Shown piece after piece: positions 36,926-47,911 of a DNA stretch of 64,000 nucleotides. The DNA comes from Candidatus Daviesbacteria bacterium (GTDB lineage Bacteria > Patescibacteriota > Microgenomatia > Daviesbacterales > UBA10151): assembly GCA_016176415.1 (NCBI GenBank), contig JACOXH010000002.1, positions 32,072 to 96,071 on the forward strand. Reading direction: 5' to 3'. Within the stretch, counting starts at the first letter, position 1, and each line of letters starts with the position of its first letter. Under the pieces are notes generated by a model. It saw only the letters and a program-made list of their open reading frames with translations, was not told where the DNA came from and searched no databases. The translations under genes were made by a program, and so were the position numbers.

Positions 36926-39231
36926 AACAAGGTTTAACCGCCTATCAGGCTAAAGAAGCTTTAAATAAATATGGCTTAAATCAGCTTCCTGAAAAGAAGA
37001 CAACTTCTGCTCTGGAGGTATTATTGCGTCAGGTAAAAAACCCCCTCTCATTCCTGTTGCTGGGAGCAACTATCCTGTCTTTGAGTATTGGTGAAAAGCT
37101 GGACAGCTTCTTAATCGGAGGCATTTTAGTTTTAAATACTTTACTGGGCTTTTGGCAGGAGTACAAAGCTTCCAGAGAGCTGGAAGCTTTGCGTAAGCTG
37201 GAGGTGGAGTATGCCAGAGTTTTAAGAGACGGTCAGGAAGTAGAAATTCCTTCAATTCACCTGGTGCCAGGTGATGTGGTAATAGTTGAATCAGGTGACC
37301 GGATTCCCGCTGACGGTGAGATTTTAGAATCACACCTTTTGCAAATAAATGAATCAGTTTTGACCGGTGAATCTTTGCCTGTACAAAAGTCAGATAGAAA
37401 AGAGGAGAATTTGGTCTTTTTTGCAACTACTGTTACTTCAGGGCGGGGTAAATTTATAGTTTTACAAACCGGTATTAACACTAAATTCGGTTCGCTGGCC
37501 CAAAAGCTCGGTGAGGTGGAAGATGAGCAGACTCCTTTTTCAAAAGCTTTGGCTGTTTTGAGTAAGGTGTTAGGGATAGCTGCAGTAGTCGTGGCAGCTG
37601 CTGTTTTCCTGCTGCGTGTTTTACAAGGTTATGATTTTTCCTCCATGCTTTTATCAAGTATTGCTTTGATGGTGGCTGTTGTGCCTGAAGGGTTGCCTGC
37701 ATTTGTGACCATTATTCTGGCCATGGGTATGAGAAGGATGTACCGCCAAAAAGCATTGGTCAGAAAAATGATTGCAGTTGAATCATTGGGTACAGCCACA
37801 GTGATTTGTACAGATAAAACAGGGACTTTGACCAAAAATGAAATGAGAGTTAAAGAAGTCAGCGTCAAAGACGGGAAAAAAGAAGATTTGTTCAAATGCG
37901 CGGTATTTTGCAACAGCGCAAATTTGGTGCTAAAAGAAGGAGGGTTTGATATTTTGGGCGATACAACTGAAGGCGCTTTGCTTCTTTGGGCCAAAGATCA
38001 GGGTTTGGATATAGATTTGATGAAAGCTGAAAACAAACTGGTTGAAGAAATACCCTTTAATCTGGAAACAAGGAAAATGACAACCTTTTGGCAGGAAGAT
38101 AAGAAGAAAACCCAATATTCAAAAGGTGCTCCGGAAGTTTTACTTTTGGAATCAGGTTTGTCTAAAGCAGGGCAGGAAAAATGGGAAGCAGAGTATCAAA
38201 AGATGGCCAAAAAGGGTTTGAGGGTTTTGGCTTTTTCCAAAGATAATGAGTTTTTAGGCTTAGTAGGAATTGCAGATGAAATCAGACCGGAAGTCAAAGA
38301 AGCAATAGCCCAAACTAAAAAAGCCGGAATTAAAGTGGTAATGATTACCGGTGACAATGAGTTAACAGCTAAAGCAGTTGCTGAAGAAGTGGGTTTGCTG
38401 TCTTTGGGAGATGAAATTATGACCGGTAGTCAACTGGATAGCTTAAACGATGAGGAGTTGCAGCAGATGATTGGAAAAGTAAGGGTTTTTGCCAGAATTA
38501 CGCCTGCAGAAAAGTTTAAGATTGTTAAAACTTATCAAAAATTAGGAGAAGTGGTGGCGGTAACAGGAGACGGGGTCAATGATGCTTTAGCATTAAAACA
38601 GGCAGAGGTTGGCGTATCCATGGGAAAAACCGGCACTGATGTTTCAAAGGAGGCTTCTGATATTATTTTGCTTGATGACAACTTTGCCACTTTAGTTACT
38701 GCAGTGGAACAGGGGCGGTTAATATACAGCAATATTTTAAAAGTTATTAAATTTTTACTGGCAGGTAATTTATCAGAAGTGGTTTTAATAGGAGCGGGAG
38801 CTGTTTTAGGCCTGCCTCCGTCGCTTTTGCCTATTCAGATTCTGTGGATTAATTTTGTAGGTGACGGGCCTCCTGCTTTGGCTTTAGGTTTTGATAATGC
38901 TTCTCCTCATCTTATGCAAACCCCGCCCAGAAGAAAGCTTTCGCTTTTATCAAAAGAAACATTAAGTTTTATTGTTTTTGGAGGAGTAATAATAGGGGTT
39001 ATTTGTCTTCTTATTTTTTATTTAACATACAAAAGTTTTGGCCTTGAGATATCAAGAGCTGTAACTTTTACTCTAATGGTTGTTTTACAAATGGTTTTGC
39101 CTTTTGTAATGAGAAGACATCATGGAGTTTTATCTAATAAAAAGCTGTTTTTATCAGTTGTTGCGGTATTGGTAGTACAAGTTTTAATGTTTATTTATCC
39201 ACCACTAAGGTCGTTGTTTTTTGAGAGGTGA
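36922..39231 (+). CDS. P-type cation-transporting ATPase (type II, Ca2+/cation-like)
   Basis: TGES, DKTGTLT, MITGDN and GDGVNDALAL motifs. Confidence 0.9.
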   Translation: MKQGLTAYQAKEALNKYGLNQLPEKKTTSALEVLLRQVKNPLSFLLLGATILSLSIGEKLDSFLIGGILVLNTLLGFWQEYKASRELEALRKLEVEYARVLRDGQEVEIPSIHLVPGDVVIVESGDRIPADGEILESHLLQINESVLTGESLPVQKSDRKEENLVFFATTVTSGRGKFIVLQTGINTKFGSLAQKLGEVEDEQTPFSKALAVLSKVLGIAAVVVAAAVFLLRVLQGYDFSSMLLSSIALMVAVVPEGLPAFVTIILAMGMRRMYRQKALVRKMIAVESLGTATVICTDKTGTLTKNEMRVKEVSVKDGKKEDLFKCAVFCNSANLVLKEGGFDILGDTTEGALLLWAKDQGLDIDLMKAENKLVEEIPFNLETRKMTTFWQEDKKKTQYSKGAPEVLLLESGLSKAGQEKWEAEYQKMAKKGLRVLAFSKDNEFLGLVGIADEIRPEVKEAIAQTKKAGIKVVMITGDNELTAKAVAEEVGLLSLGDEIMTGSQLDSLNDEELQQMIGKVRVFARITPAEKFKIVKTYQKLGEVVAVTGDGVNDALALKQAEVGVSMGKTGTDVSKEASDIILLDDNFATLVTAVEQGRLIYSNILKVIKFLLAGNLSEVVLIGAGAVLGLPPSLLPIQILWINFVGDGPPALALGFDNASPHLMQTPPRRKLSLLSKETLSFIVFGGVIIGVICLLIFYLTYKSFGLEISRAVTFTLMVVLQMVLPFVMRRHHGVLSNKKLFLSVVAVLVVQVLMFIYPPLRSLFFER

Positions 39232-39264
39232 TTTAGTACTATTACAAAGTCCTGCTCCCCGTTT

Positions 39265-39546
39265 ATGTCTGAAATAGTGTTTAATCCACAAGGTGATCAG
39301 CAGTCTCCTGAAGATCTGAAGTCACAAATTGAAAACCTGCAAACAACTCTGGCTTCTTTGAATCAGCAGGTAATTATTTTACAGGAAGCTTTACAGGAAA
39401 GAGATCAGCAGATTGCAAAACTGAAAGAAAACACCTCCGAGGTGGGCTTTGACTCCTCGGAGGTGAAGAGAGACGAAACAGTCACAATTGTAGGAGCTTT
39501 GATTAATCTATATAATTATATTTTCCTGCCCGGAAAGGCTGCATGA
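39265..39546 (+). CDS. small coiled-coil protein
   Basis: Heptad-like LQTTLASLNQQVIILQEALQERDQQIAKLKE. Confidence 0.35.
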   Translation: MSEIVFNPQGDQQSPEDLKSQIENLQTTLASLNQQVIILQEALQERDQQIAKLKENTSEVGFDSSEVKRDETVTIVGALINLYNYIFLPGKAA

Positions 39547-39815
39547 ATTGGTTGGTAGTTTTAATACTTACAGTACTTAATGAGGCAATTATTGAATATC
39601 TTTTGGGCAGTGTAAAGGTTTTAAAGCCTTATATTCCCCTGCTTTCTTTGGCTACAGCTATACTTTTAACTTTTGGATTTGGGGTAAGTTTGTTTAGTTT
39701 ATTTTTAGGAGAAATCAGAAGTCCTTTTTGGGAGTTTTTATTATCAGCCTTTATTATTGCCCGTTTGTCAAATTACTTAAACGATTTGGTGCAAAAATTC
39801 CTGGGGAGTAAATAA
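39543..39815 (+). CDS. small membrane protein
   Basis: Three hydrophobic helices. The start overlaps the upstream gene by 4 nt. Confidence 0.35.
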   Translation: MNWLVVLILTVLNEAIIEYLLGSVKVLKPYIPLLSLATAILLTFGFGVSLFSLFLGEIRSPFWEFLLSAFIIARLSNYLNDLVQKFLGSK

Positions 39816-40025
39816 TTAGATGGGTTTACCCGCCAAACCATAAATCATTAAATCATTGGTAAAGCCTATTGCCTGAAAAGGCCAGGTAAAAACTACTGAA
39901 AAAAAGTTTGGTGACAAAAAAGACAAAGGTGGCCATTTATAATAGACAGCAAATCCTACAGCAAATACAAATCCAAGCATGAAATAAATGATTCCTAATG
40001 TAGATAAAAGCTTCTCTTTAGACAT
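39816..40025 (-). CDS. small membrane protein
   Basis: Two hydrophobic helices. It lies immediately downstream of gyrA on the same strand. Confidence 0.35.
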   Translation of the reverse strand: MSKEKLLSTLGIIYFMLGFVFAVGFAVYYKWPPLSFLSPNFFSVVFTWPFQAIGFTNDLMIYGLAGKPI

Positions 40026-42577
40026 TATTCTGTTTTATCTTTTGAACAAACAACTGTAGCAGCAGCTACTCTCTCTCCTGCCCTTACTCTCATCAGTATG
40101 ACACCTTGAGTCTGTCTTTGTAAAACAGGAACTTCTGCAAGACCCATCTTGATTAATTGTCCTTTAGTGGAAGTAAGCACCAAAGTATCCATATCGCCGT
40201 CAATAGCAGCCGCTGTAACAATAGTGCCGGTTTTAGCAGTAATTTGCGCAGCTTTGACTCCCTGTCCGCCTCTGCCCTGTTTGCTCCATGCAGAAAATGG
40301 AGTTTTCTTCCCCAACCCATTTTCCATAATCACCAAAAGTTTATCTTCATTGCTTTGTACCACGTTCATAGAAACCACCTCATCTTCTTTACCCAGCTTT
40401 ATGCCTCTGACACCTGAAGTATCCCTGTGAGTGGGTTTAACTTGTGCTTCAGAAAATCTGATTGACTGGCCTTTTTTGGAAACAATAATCAAATCATCTT
40501 TGCCTGAAGTTGGAGAAACCCATCCCAGCTCATCACCGCTATCAAGCTTTATTGCCACCAGGCCATTTTTGCGGATATTGGCGTATTCCTCTAAAGAGGT
40601 TTTTTTAACAGTGCCTTTTTGGGTACACATAAAGAAGTATTTGGCGCTTTCCCCTTTTTGTCTGGTGGTCAGCACTGCAGTCACTTTTTCGCCCTGCTCA
40701 ACGTTAATTAAGTTAACAATGGCCTGTCCTTTGGCAGCGCGTTGTGTTTCAGGGATTTCCCAGACTTTGACCTGAAAAACTCTTCCTTTATCAGTAAAGA
40801 ATAAAATATTGTCATGTGTTTGAGTATAGAAAATGTGTGAGACAGCGTCTGTTTCTTTGGTAGAAATTCCCATTACCCCTTTACCTCCTCTTTGTTGGGT
40901 TCTGAAAGACATCGGTGATTGTCTCTTGATGTAGCCGCCTTCAGTAATTGTGGCAATGGTTACTTCATTGGGTACCAGATCTTCTTCTGAAAACTCCCCC
41001 ACTTTTTGTTTATAAACTCTCGTTCTTCTGTCATCGCCATATTTCTCTTTAATTTTTAAAAGTTCATCTTTAATAACTTTTAAGATCTTTTCAGGGTGAG
41101 CCAGCAGATCTTCAAGGTAAGCAATTGTTTCGCGGACCATTTTAAGTTCGTCTTCAATTTTCTGTCTTTCCAAAGCTGCCAAACGTCGGAGCTGCATATC
41201 CAAAATAGCAATGGCCTGGATTTCTGAAAGTTTAAATTTAACCATTAAATTCTGCTTTGCAGAATCTGAATCCTTAGACTTTTTAATTGTTTCAATAACA
41301 GCATCAATATTATCAACAGCAATTTTAAGCCCTTCCAAAATATGCTCGCGGGCCTTGGCTTCTGCCAGTTCAAATTCAGACCTGCGTCTCACTATAGTTT
41401 GTCTGTGGTGAATAAATTCTTCTAAAATGCGGTTTAAAGTTAAAAGATGAGGTACGCCGTCTGATAAAGCAACAAGATTAACATTAAAAACCGACTGCAT
41501 GGCTGTATATTTGTAAAGATTGTTTAAAATTGACTGTGGTTTGCCGTCGCGTTTTAGGTCAAAGACAATTCTGACCATTTGTTTGCGGTCTGATTCATCC
41601 CTTAAATCTGCAATCCCTTCCAGTTTTTTATCTTTGACCAAATCTGCAATTCTGGCAATTAAAGTGGCTTTGTTAACCTGATATGGCAGTTCAGAAACAA
41701 TGATTTGCATCTTGCCGGAGGCAGTTTCGTCAATTTCTGCTTTTGCTCTCATGACAATTCTTCCCTTACCTGTAGCATATGCTGCTGTGATTTCGGTTTG
41801 GTCATAGATAGAAGCGCCTGTAGGAAAGTCTGGGCCTTTTACAAACTCTATCAGGTCTTCGACAGTAGCAGAAGATTTAAAAGAGTCATCGTTCGTTTTT
41901 AGCTCACTAGAGTCATGAGGAGTCACAGAATCACTTTGACTCATTGACTCATTGACTCTCTGACTCTCTTTTTTTGCCGGGTGGTCGATCATGTAAATTA
42001 ATGCGTCACAAACTTCTCCTAAATTATGAGGAGGGATTTGAGTAGCCATGCCCACAGCAATACCAGAGGCACCATTAAGTAATAGGTTTGGGATTACAGA
42101 TGGTAACAAAACAGGCTCCTGAGTAGTGCCTGAATAATTATCTATAAACTCAACTGTGTCTTTGTTGATATCACGGAGCAGTTCATCAGCAATTGCTGAA
42201 AGCCTGGCTTCTGTGTACCTCATGGCAGCAGGAGAATCCCCGTCTATTGAACCAAAGTTTCCCTGACCGTCTACTAACATATATCTCATGGAAAAGTTTT
42301 GAGCCATTCTGACCATGGCTTCATAAACAGGAGCGTCACCGTGAGGGTGAAAGTTTTTCAATACTTCTCCGACCACAGCTGCTGATTTTTGATAACGCGA
42401 AGTATGGTGCAGGCCTTGTTGAGACATGGCATAAATAATTCTTCGCTGGACAGGCTTTAAGCCGTCTCTGACGTCAGGTAAAGCGCGGGAGACAATAACA
42501 GACATGGCATAGTCCAGATAGGACTTTTGCATTTCTTCAATAATCGGGGCTGGTTGAACTTTGCCAATGTTACTCAT
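40025..42577 (-). CDS. gyrA: DNA gyrase subunit A
   Basis: [16 protein letters not shown], the active-site region AAMRYTE, GPDFPTG, and C-terminal beta-pinwheel repeats. Confidence 0.95.
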   Translation of the reverse strand: MSNIGKVQPAPIIEEMQKSYLDYAMSVIVSRALPDVRDGLKPVQRRIIYAMSQQGLHHTSRYQKSAAVVGEVLKNFHPHGDAPVYEAMVRMAQNFSMRYMLVDGQGNFGSIDGDSPAAMRYTEARLSAIADELLRDINKDTVEFIDNYSGTTQEPVLLPSVIPNLLLNGASGIAVGMATQIPPHNLGEVCDALIYMIDHPAKKESQRVNESMSQSDSVTPHDSSELKTNDDSFKSSATVEDLIEFVKGPDFPTGASIYDQTEITAAYATGKGRIVMRAKAEIDETASGKMQIIVSELPYQVNKATLIARIADLVKDKKLEGIADLRDESDRKQMVRIVFDLKRDGKPQSILNNLYKYTAMQSVFNVNLVALSDGVPHLLTLNRILEEFIHHRQTIVRRRSEFELAEAKAREHILEGLKIAVDNIDAVIETIKKSKDSDSAKQNLMVKFKLSEIQAIAILDMQLRRLAALERQKIEDELKMVRETIAYLEDLLAHPEKILKVIKDELLKIKEKYGDDRRTRVYKQKVGEFSEEDLVPNEVTIATITEGGYIKRQSPMSFRTQQRGGKGVMGISTKETDAVSHIFYTQTHDNILFFTDKGRVFQVKVWEIPETQRAAKGQAIVNLINVEQGEKVTAVLTTRQKGESAKYFFMCTQKGTVKKTSLEEYANIRKNGLVAIKLDSGDELGWVSPTSGKDDLIIVSKKGQSIRFSEAQVKPTHRDTSGVRGIKLGKEDEVVSMNVVQSNEDKLLVIMENGLGKKTPFSAWSKQGRGGQGVKAAQITAKTGTIVTAAAIDGDMDTLVLTSTKGQLIKMGLAEVPVLQRQTQGVILMRVRAGERVAAATVVCSKDKTE
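41936..41967. repeat. (T/C)TGACTC(A/T) x4 tandem octamer inside gyrA
   Basis: Read directly from the sequence. It lies in the insert encoding [13 protein letters not shown], upstream of the GPDFPTG motif. Confidence 0.75.
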
Positions 42578-42625
42578 AGATTTAGCAGTGAAAGAACTAA
42601 AAAAGAGCTTTAAGCTCTTCGTAAA

Positions 42626-43231
42626 TTATACCTTTTTTAGGTTACCTATAGCAAGGGGCAGAGGGGCTTTTTTAGGCCAGTTGCGCCAGGCTTCTTTGTT
42701 TCTATACAGAGGAAATTCTTTCTCTTCAACAATATGCAGATGGTCTGGATTTGTGATGTGGGAAATAAAAACTTTGCCGTTTAAATGATCAATTTCATGC
42801 TGAAAAATCCTTGCTGTATACCCTGTCCATCTCTCTACTTTAGGTTTCCACCCTTGGGGTGTCATCGTAAATGCTTGTAGTCTTATAGAAACTGGGCGGG
42901 AGACGATGCCGCAGATTTTGCCTGTGGAATAGCAGCCCTCATACCACTCCCCTTTTCTTTTTGATTGCCATGTAATTTCTGGATTGATGTAAATTCTGGG
43001 ATCACCAACTTTACCCTTACCATCAGCTTTTACATCCACCAAAATTATTCTTTTGGAAATTCCAATTTGCGGAGTTGCCAGCCCAACCATAATAGGTTTT
43101 TTCTTCCCCTTTTGCTCTCCATGAGCAATTTTGAGCATAGCTTTAATAATTTTTTGAGTGTCTTCAGAATTGGGGTCTGCTTTTTGGGCAATTTCTCTAA
43201 GTCTGGGATCGTTTGGTTTTAAGAATTGCAT
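42626..43231 (-). CDS. def: peptide deformylase
   Basis: GLATPQIG, EGCYS and QHEIDHLNG motifs. Confidence 0.9.
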   Translation of the reverse strand: MQFLKPNDPRLREIAQKADPNSEDTQKIIKAMLKIAHGEQKGKKKPIMVGLATPQIGISKRIILVDVKADGKGKVGDPRIYINPEITWQSKRKGEWYEGCYSTGKICGIVSRPVSIRLQAFTMTPQGWKPKVERWTGYTARIFQHEIDHLNGKVFISHITNPDHLHIVEEKEFPLYRNKEAWRNWPKKAPLPLAIGNLKKV

Positions 43232-44253
43232 TACACTCTTCTGAATTTTTTTCTGAGCATTTCTACAGTAAAATTAAATAAATAACGTGGATAATTTATT
43301 ATTAAATCCTGGGCATGAAGATATTCAAAATCTTCTCCTCCGAATCCTCTTTTAAAAAGTGACAGTCCTGAAAACCTGTGGTCTTTGTCATTTTCAGGAG
43401 CTACTCCCCAAAAGTTGTATCTTTTAAAGCCTCTTTTCTTTGCTTCTTTGATGGCTTCCCACTGAATTAAATATGCCCCGGGGTATTTTCTTCCCTCCTC
43501 TGTACTGGCACCATAATGATAAGCTGCCTCTGTACCATAAAAAATAATAAAAGCTTGTGCCAGTAATTTATTACCTAACTTAGCGCTATATAAAATGGCC
43601 ATATTTTTTTCCAAAAATACTTTAAATTGTTCAGATAAAAATTTATAAGGGAAGGGTACAAACTTTTGCCTTTTGGCAGTTTCAATCTGCAAGTTATAAA
43701 AATCTTTGATAGTTTTTTCATCACTGTTTGTTTCAAGTTTAATTTCAGAAGAAATTCCCTTTTTAATTTCATAACGGGTTGCTTTTCTCATATTGGCAAG
43801 CAGTTGTTCTTCAGGTAACGTAATATCCAGTTGAGAAGTGAGCTCTGCATGCAGGTGCATGGGGGCGTTTTTAAAACCTAATTTTTTAAATAAATTTTTT
43901 GAAAAATCATCAGACTTTAGTTGAGGCCTGACTCTTACAAAAGCGCAGCTTTCTTTTTTTGCTATTTCTTTTATTGTTGTAACAAATAAATTAACTATAT
44001 TTTTATCATGCCAGTCCAGTATTGGTCCTCCGGGAACAGTTAAATATTTTCCCCTTTTGGCATTTTCCAAAACTGTAAGGCAAACACCTGCCAAATTGTC
44101 TTCTTTAAAGAATCCATTCCTTTGGATTTTGTGTCCTAAAGATTTATGAAACTCTCCCCAGTACCATGACTGCAAAAAATTTGCCTCTTCTTGTTTGGAG
44201 AGAAAATCCTCCCAAACTTTTTCATTTGTAATTTCTTTTACTGTTTGAGCCAT
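43231..44253 (-). CDS. FemAB-family peptidyltransferase (peptidoglycan interpeptide bridge formation)
   Basis: Recognised by overall pattern: FLQSWYWGEF..., AAYHYGAST, YLIQWEAIKEAKKRGFKRYNFWG. Confidence 0.7.
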   Translation of the reverse strand: MAQTVKEITNEKVWEDFLSKQEEANFLQSWYWGEFHKSLGHKIQRNGFFKEDNLAGVCLTVLENAKRGKYLTVPGGPILDWHDKNIVNLFVTTIKEIAKKESCAFVRVRPQLKSDDFSKNLFKKLGFKNAPMHLHAELTSQLDITLPEEQLLANMRKATRYEIKKGISSEIKLETNSDEKTIKDFYNLQIETAKRQKFVPFPYKFLSEQFKVFLEKNMAILYSAKLGNKLLAQAFIIFYGTEAAYHYGASTEEGRKYPGAYLIQWEAIKEAKKRGFKRYNFWGVAPENDKDHRFSGLSLFKRGFGGEDFEYLHAQDLIINYPRYLFNFTVEMLRKKFRRV

Positions 44254-45422
44254 TGGTTGATAAAATATGAAATTCGCAATGCATCTTCTTCACTGGTATT
44301 TTTGTGTGTTGGAAGATTTAAAATCTTTTCTGAAATTTCTTCTGCCTTAGGACATTCACCATTATAGTTTGTTTTTGACATATATTTTTTTGGGGATATA
44401 GGAGCATCATACCAAATGTCTGATACAAAAATGCCTTTATTTTTTAAGAATCTGGTAAGACCTAAACGATCATTTATGAATATAGGAAAGCGTAAATTGG
44501 TGGAGTTTGAAATTTCCTGCACCAGATGGGAAGACAAAACTTCTCTACTGATGTTGTCTGCATAAATTTTGGCAATTTTTTTGCGGTGGTTTAAATTTCC
44601 TTCTAAATTATCCAGCTGTTCTTTAGCCAGCTTGCAATACCATGGAGCTATTCCGATAAAACTGGAAGAATCATTCATAGGTTGAGAGAGTAAGTTAAAT
44701 GATTTTAAAATAGTATGAAACATTTTTCCAAAAAAATAAGGATATGTTTTCCTGATAATGAATGTAAAAAGCGGATAGAATCGATCAACTTGTTTAGAGA
44801 AGGGGTGCCAATGTATTCCACCCTCCGGGTGGATCAGCTTGACACCCTTTCTTATTAATGCTCCTCCAGATACAGCATCTATCAGTTTGTCTTGGCTAAA
44901 AGATAAAACAACAAAATCACCCAGACTACCTGCTCTTAAACCGTTCCCATAATGAGCGCCAACGCTATGTGCCAGATCTTCTATTAAAACAATGCCGTTC
45001 TTTTTACAAATTTCTGCAATCTTTTCAACTTTTGCAGAGAAACCCAAAGTATTTTGGATGATTACCACTTTGATGTTAGGATTTTTTGAAATTGCTTTTT
45101 CTAACTCAAGGGGGGAAAAATTTAAATCTCCTTCATCAATATCAAGGTATAGAGGTTTTAATCCTGCATCTGCTATTGCTTTATAAACTGCGAAACATGT
45201 AAAACCATTAATTGCCACCAGTGAGTCTTTTGGCAGATTTAAAATTTTTAAAGCCAACTCAATTGCCTGTCTGCCTTTGTAGGTAAGCATGGTTTGCCCG
45301 TTAAATTTTTCTGATAAATACTTTTCCAGATCTTTTTTGTATCTCTGATTATTGTCTAAAAAAAGAGTTTTTATAACAAAATTTAAATCATAATTGGAAC
45401 CTAAAGAGTTAAAGATGTTCAT
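44238..45422 (-). CDS. DegT/DnrJ/EryC1/StrS-family aminotransferase
   Basis: The SFSQDKLI region (PLP-lysine context) and IEDLAHSVGA. Confidence 0.7.
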   Translation of the reverse strand: MNIFNSLGSNYDLNFVIKTLFLDNNQRYKKDLEKYLSEKFNGQTMLTYKGRQAIELALKILNLPKDSLVAINGFTCFAVYKAIADAGLKPLYLDIDEGDLNFSPLELEKAISKNPNIKVVIIQNTLGFSAKVEKIAEICKKNGIVLIEDLAHSVGAHYGNGLRAGSLGDFVVLSFSQDKLIDAVSGGALIRKGVKLIHPEGGIHWHPFSKQVDRFYPLFTFIIRKTYPYFFGKMFHTILKSFNLLSQPMNDSSSFIGIAPWYCKLAKEQLDNLEGNLNHRKKIAKIYADNISREVLSSHLVQEISNSTNLRFPIFINDRLGLTRFLKNKGIFVSDIWYDAPISPKKYMSKTNYNGECPKAEEISEKILNLPTHKNTSEEDALRISYFINQWLKQ

Positions 45423-46120
45423 GTTATTTCCTTTAGTATGGTTTTTACAACTTCATCAACATGAGTAAATTGAGGAGAGTGTCTGGCTGTTTCAATAATA
45501 TGCATTTTGGAATCAGGAATAAGTTGATGCATCAATTTCCCGTCAGAAAGAGGAGTTGCTTTATCGTTTTTACCCCAAATAATTAAAGTTGGAACTTTAA
45601 TTTGATTTAAAGAATTTCTTAAATCAAAACTTATTAAATTAACCATGGTTTGTTTAACAACTGGTGAGGCATTTTCATAATCACTTTCCCGGGAGAGTTT
45701 ATATAGCAGTTTTCTCAAACTTTGAGAAGCAGTAATTTTTCTTCCAAGTTTAGCAATAGTTTTAAAAACAAATCTTTTTACTCTTACAGGTAAATCATTG
45801 TGATAAATTCCTGCGCTGTCAATCAGAATTAAATTTTTAACTTTTTCAGGGTATTTTAAAGTATAAGCCAAAGCCATCCTTCCTCCGTTTGAATGCCCCA
45901 GTAAAATTACTTTTTCTTTGCCTATTTCTTGATCCAGCCAGTCAACGTAGTTGTTTATATCCCAGACAGTTTCTAACTTTTCAGTAAGCCCCGGGATTTT
46001 AAGAAGCTTTATTTCAAATCCTTTTTCTCTCAAGGTATTCATAAACGGTTGCCATAAATCTGTTGAATATGTCCAACCGTGCAGAATTACAACCCCCATT
46101 GTTTTCTCCTCATTTCCCAT
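45419..46120 (-). CDS. alpha/beta hydrolase
   Basis: GHSNGG nucleophile elbow, VVILHGW, and a C-terminal His region. Confidence 0.7.
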   Translation of the reverse strand: MGNEEKTMGVVILHGWTYSTDLWQPFMNTLREKGFEIKLLKIPGLTEKLETVWDINNYVDWLDQEIGKEKVILLGHSNGGRMALAYTLKYPEKVKNLILIDSAGIYHNDLPVRVKRFVFKTIAKLGRKITASQSLRKLLYKLSRESDYENASPVVKQTMVNLISFDLRNSLNQIKVPTLIIWGKNDKATPLSDGKLMHQLIPDSKMHIIETARHSPQFTHVDEVVKTILKEIT

Positions 46121-47352
46121 ACTTTTTCCCTCCTGCAGAGTTTATTTGAATCTTGCTTGTTTTTTAACAAATGTTCAATGACCCCTTCTAAAAATCTGGC
46201 TCCTTTAAAAAACAACGTTTCTCCACCTTTGAGATTTTTTTGTAAATAATTTAAGACTTCTTTTGGCGTTAAAAAACTTATGACAGATAGCCCCTGAAGC
46301 TCTGGTAGAGTATATTTTAATGTTCTTGGTCCCATCAAAATTACTTTATCCAAATTGCAATCGGCAATCAATTTGGCAAGTTTTTTATGTTCCACCTCTT
46401 CTTCTTTTCCCAGCTCTACCATATCAGAAATAATGGCCCATTTCTTCTTGGCAGGGTAATTTTTGTACATATTTAAAGAAGCCTGCATTGAAGCAGGGGT
46501 GGCATTATAAGTACTATCTATAATTACAGTATTTTTAATGCCTTCAAATACAGAACTTCTTCCGGGAGGTAAAACAAAGTTATCAAAACTGGTAACACTT
46601 TCAAATCCTAAATAGTTTAATAATAAATTTGTGGTCTCTATAGAATAAAAGGATTCTTCAGGAAGCAAAAATTTAAAGACATACTCATTATTTGCAGTTT
46701 TAAACTTTGTACCATTTTCTAATACTTCATATTTTTTAAGTGCCTTTTTGTGGATAATAGCTACTTCTGCTTTAGTACGCGTTTGCTGTTTTGTTATTAA
46801 GTTATTATTACCATTGATAACGGCATATTTTTGACAATACTCTAAAAAGTATCCAAACTCAAAAGCAATACTTTCAAGCGAGGAAAAATTTATGCTGTGA
46901 GTTTTGGAAACTGACAGCCAGATTGTAACTTCAGGTTTTAAAAGCGACCCTAAAAATTTTCCCTCAAAGGGGCGGTCACAGTCAGCTTCCACAATATAAA
47001 TTTTCTGTTTTGGAGGAGCTTTAAAAGCCTGTAAAGGCGCAAGTAAAAAAAGAAATGGCCATTCAAAAAAAGTTAAAGTTTTCCTCTTAAGTCCTAAAAT
47101 ATCAAAAGGAATGCCATAAGTGCTGTTGGCAAAGTGAGAATATTTTGCCTTTTCTCCCAGTTGTGATTCTATTAAGTGTAGCAGTGTGGTTTTGCCTGTT
47201 GAACCTGTTAAAACTATAATTTTTGGTTTCCAGATCATAAGCTGTATTTGGGCAAAAAGCCTGAAATAGTAAGCAATAGGAAAGTAAAATGATTTTTTAA
47301 GTTTATTAAACATTTTTGATACCATGTAACTGTTTGATAAAAAAATCCACAC
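46087..47352 (-). CDS. Mur ligase family protein (MurF-like)
   Basis: The P-loop VLTGSTGKTT. The true start is probably internal (MFNKLKK at 47313). Confidence 0.65.
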   Translation of the reverse strand: MWIFLSNSYMVSKMFNKLKKSFYFPIAYYFRLFAQIQLMIWKPKIIVLTGSTGKTTLLHLIESQLGEKAKYSHFANSTYGIPFDILGLKRKTLTFFEWPFLFLLAPLQAFKAPPKQKIYIVEADCDRPFEGKFLGSLLKPEVTIWLSVSKTHSINFSSLESIAFEFGYFLEYCQKYAVINGNNNLITKQQTRTKAEVAIIHKKALKKYEVLENGTKFKTANNEYVFKFLLPEESFYSIETTNLLLNYLGFESVTSFDNFVLPPGRSSVFEGIKNTVIIDSTYNATPASMQASLNMYKNYPAKKKWAIISDMVELGKEEEVEHKKLAKLIADCNLDKVILMGPRTLKYTLPELQGLSVISFLTPKEVLNYLQKNLKGGETLFFKGARFLEGVIEHLLKNKQDSNKLCRREKVWEMRRKQWGL

Positions 47353-47911
47353 TGTCTGTTTCTATTTTTATATATGCTAAGTTGGAAATAGATCCTGAAT
47401 AATAAGTTTCTTCTGATAGACGGTTTAACAGCGCTCTCATAATTCCGCCATGAGTGACTACTAAAACTGTTTTGCCGCTGTGGCCTACAGCAACTTCTCT
47501 TAAAAATGTGATAAATCTGGTAGTCAGTTCTCCGTCTGTTTCAAATTCTTTAAGAGGTCTGTATTTTTCCTTTTCTTTTTTATTCAGCTTTTTCCAGGTT
47601 TCATAAAGGTTATCCAGAATTTTCTCGTTTCTGCCTTCTTGTTCTCCGTAAAGGCGTTCCCGAAGTAATTTTGTGGTTTGGACTGCTAAGTTCTTTTCCA
47701 GAGTGATAATTTCAGCAGTTCTTTTGGCCCTGATCAAATCAGAAGAAAACACAGCATCAAAGTGAATGCTTTTTAATTTTTCTGCCATCTCACTAGCCTG
47801 CTTTATGCCTGTTTCATTTAAAGGGATATCAGTCTGGCCTTGAGTAAGACCATTTAAGTTCCAGTCTGTTTGTCCATGCCGGACTATGTAAAGCGTGCAG
47901 TAATTATTCAT
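47306..47911 (-). CDS. histidine phosphatase (phosphoglycerate mutase-like) family protein
   Basis: The RHG motif (LYIVRHGQTDWN) and a later THGG. Confidence 0.8.
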   Translation of the reverse strand: MNNYCTLYIVRHGQTDWNLNGLTQGQTDIPLNETGIKQASEMAEKLKSIHFDAVFSSDLIRAKRTAEIITLEKNLAVQTTKLLRERLYGEQEGRNEKILDNLYETWKKLNKKEKEKYRPLKEFETDGELTTRFITFLREVAVGHSGKTVLVVTHGGIMRALLNRLSEETYYSGSISNLAYIKIETDSVDFFIKQLHGIKNV